A stretch of 64,000 bases of DNA from the human T2T-CHM13v2.0 reference genome, Homo sapiens. The stretch lies in assembly GCF_009914755.1 (NCBI RefSeq), contig NC_060933.1. One strand, given 5' to 3'. The notes beneath the pieces are model-generated. The model worked only from the letters and a program-made list of their open reading frames with translations, was not told the DNA's origin and did no database searches. Made by a program: the position numbers and the translations under genes. Numbering within the stretch: position 1 is the first letter of the stretch; the number at the start of each line of letters is the position of its first letter. This document shows, one piece after another, positions 62,439-64,000 of this stretch.

Positions 62439-64000
62439 GGAGAGCTGGCAAGATGTCTGAATAGGAACAGCTCCGGCCTGCAGCACCCAGTGAGATCAAC
62501 ACAGAAGTCAGGTTGTTCATGCATTTCCAAGTGAGCCTCCACTGGTGATACCCAGGCAAACAGGGTCTGGAGTGGACCTCCAGCAAACTCGAGCAAACCT
62601 GCAGCAGAGGGACCTGACTGTTAGAAGGAAAACTAACAAACAGAAAGGAATAGTATCGACATCACCAACATCAAAGACCAAAGGTCAATAAATCCACAAA
62701 GAAGGGGAGAAACCAGTGCAAAAATGATGAAAACTCCAAAAGTCAGAATGCCTCTTCTCCTCCAGAAGATCACAACTCCCGGCCAGCAAGGGAACAAAAC
62801 TGGACAGACAATGAGTTTGACGAATTGACAGAAGTAGGCTTCAGAAGGCGGGTAATAACAAACTCCTCCGAGCTAAAGGAGCATGTTCTAACCCAAAGCA
62901 AAGAAGCTAAGAGCCTGAAAAAAAAAGGTTAGACGAATTGTTAACTAGAATAACAAGTTTAGAGAAGAATATAAATGACCTGATGGAGCTGAAAAACCCA
63001 GCACAAGAACTTCATGAAGCATACACAAGTATCAATAGCTGAATCAATCAATCAGGAGAAAGGATATCAGAGATTGAAGATCAACTCAATGAAATAAAGC
63101 AAGAAGACAAGATTAGAGAAAAAAGAGTGAAAAGAAATGAACAAAGCCTCCAAGAAATAGAGGACTATGTTAAAAGACTGACTCTACGTTTGATTGGTGT
63201 ACCTGAAAGTGACAGAAAGAATGGAACCAAGTTGGAAAAAACTCTTAAGGATATTATCCAGGAGAATTTCCCCAACCTAGAAAGACAGGCCAACATTCAA
63301 ATTAAGGAAATACAGAGAACACCACTAAGATACTCCTCAAGAAGAGCAACCCCAAGACACAAAATCATCAGATTCACCAAGGTTGAAATGAAGGAAAAAA
63401 TACTAAGGGCAGCCAGAGAGAAAGGTTGAGTTACCAACAAGGGGAAGCCCATCAGACTAAGAGTGGATCTCTTGGCAGATAGCCTACAAGCCAGAAGAGA
63501 GTGGGGGCCAATATACAACATACCTAAAGAAAAGAATTTTCAAGCCAGAATTTCATATCCAGCCAAACTAAGCTTCATAATTGAAGGAGAAATAAAATCC
63601 TTTATAAGCAAATGCTGAGAGATATTGTCACCACCAGGACTGCCTTACAATAGCTCCTGAAGGAAGCACTAAACACGGTAAGGAACAACTGGTAACAGCC
63701 ACTGCAAAAACATACCAAATTATAAAGACCATTGACACGATGAAAAAACTACATCAACTAATGAGCAAAATAACCAGCTAGTATCATAATGACAGGATCA
63801 AATTCACACATAACAATATTAACCTTAAATGTAAATGAGCTAAATGTCCCCAGTTGAAAGACACAGACTGGCAAATTGGATAAAGAGTCAAGACTCATCA
63901 ATGTGTTGTATTCAGGAGGCACATCTCATACACATAGGCTCAAAATAAAGGGATGAAGAAACATTTACCAAGCAAGTGGAAAACAACAAAAGGCAGGTGT
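62439..64000 (+). mobile_element. L1PA (L1PA7/8-like) 5' part with spliced 5'UTR, dead ORF1 and start of ORF2; runs off the window
   Basis: 5' end 'gagctggcaagatg..aataggaacagctccgg'; ORF1 ATG>AAG near 62702; ORF 63127-63429 is ORF1p; ORF2 ATG at 63789. Confidence 0.95.

Overview
This is AT-rich, repeat-dominated primate (human/great-ape-like) genomic DNA. It starts at the edge of a (GGAAT)n/(GGAGT)n classical satellite, so it is probably pericentromeric. I see no intact cellular gene or RNA gene. The long ORFs are decayed L1 or endogenous retrovirus ORFs, Alu read-throughs or chance ORFs. Main contents: a full-length decayed L1PA (~16.85-22.97 kb), several truncated L1s, about 17 Alus, old LTRs/DNA transposons/MIR/CR1, and a nested stack at 48.6-55.3 kb (L1 < HERV-K HML-1/LTR14A-type < HERV-K HML-3/MER9) that breaks off abruptly. 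After the break comes an Alu-dense ERV1 (MER4-group-like) internal segment, then an L1PA whose 5'UTR was precisely spliced before integration. The best leads are the spliced L1, TGGG>TAGG (APOBEC3G-like) stops in the HML-1 gag, the nested proviruses, a 148-bp local copy inside a solo LTR, and a likely duplication junction at ~55.3 kb. I found no evidence for a wholly new gene system. Family and subfamily names come from recalled consensus sequences, not a database search, and boundaries of old repeats are approximate.
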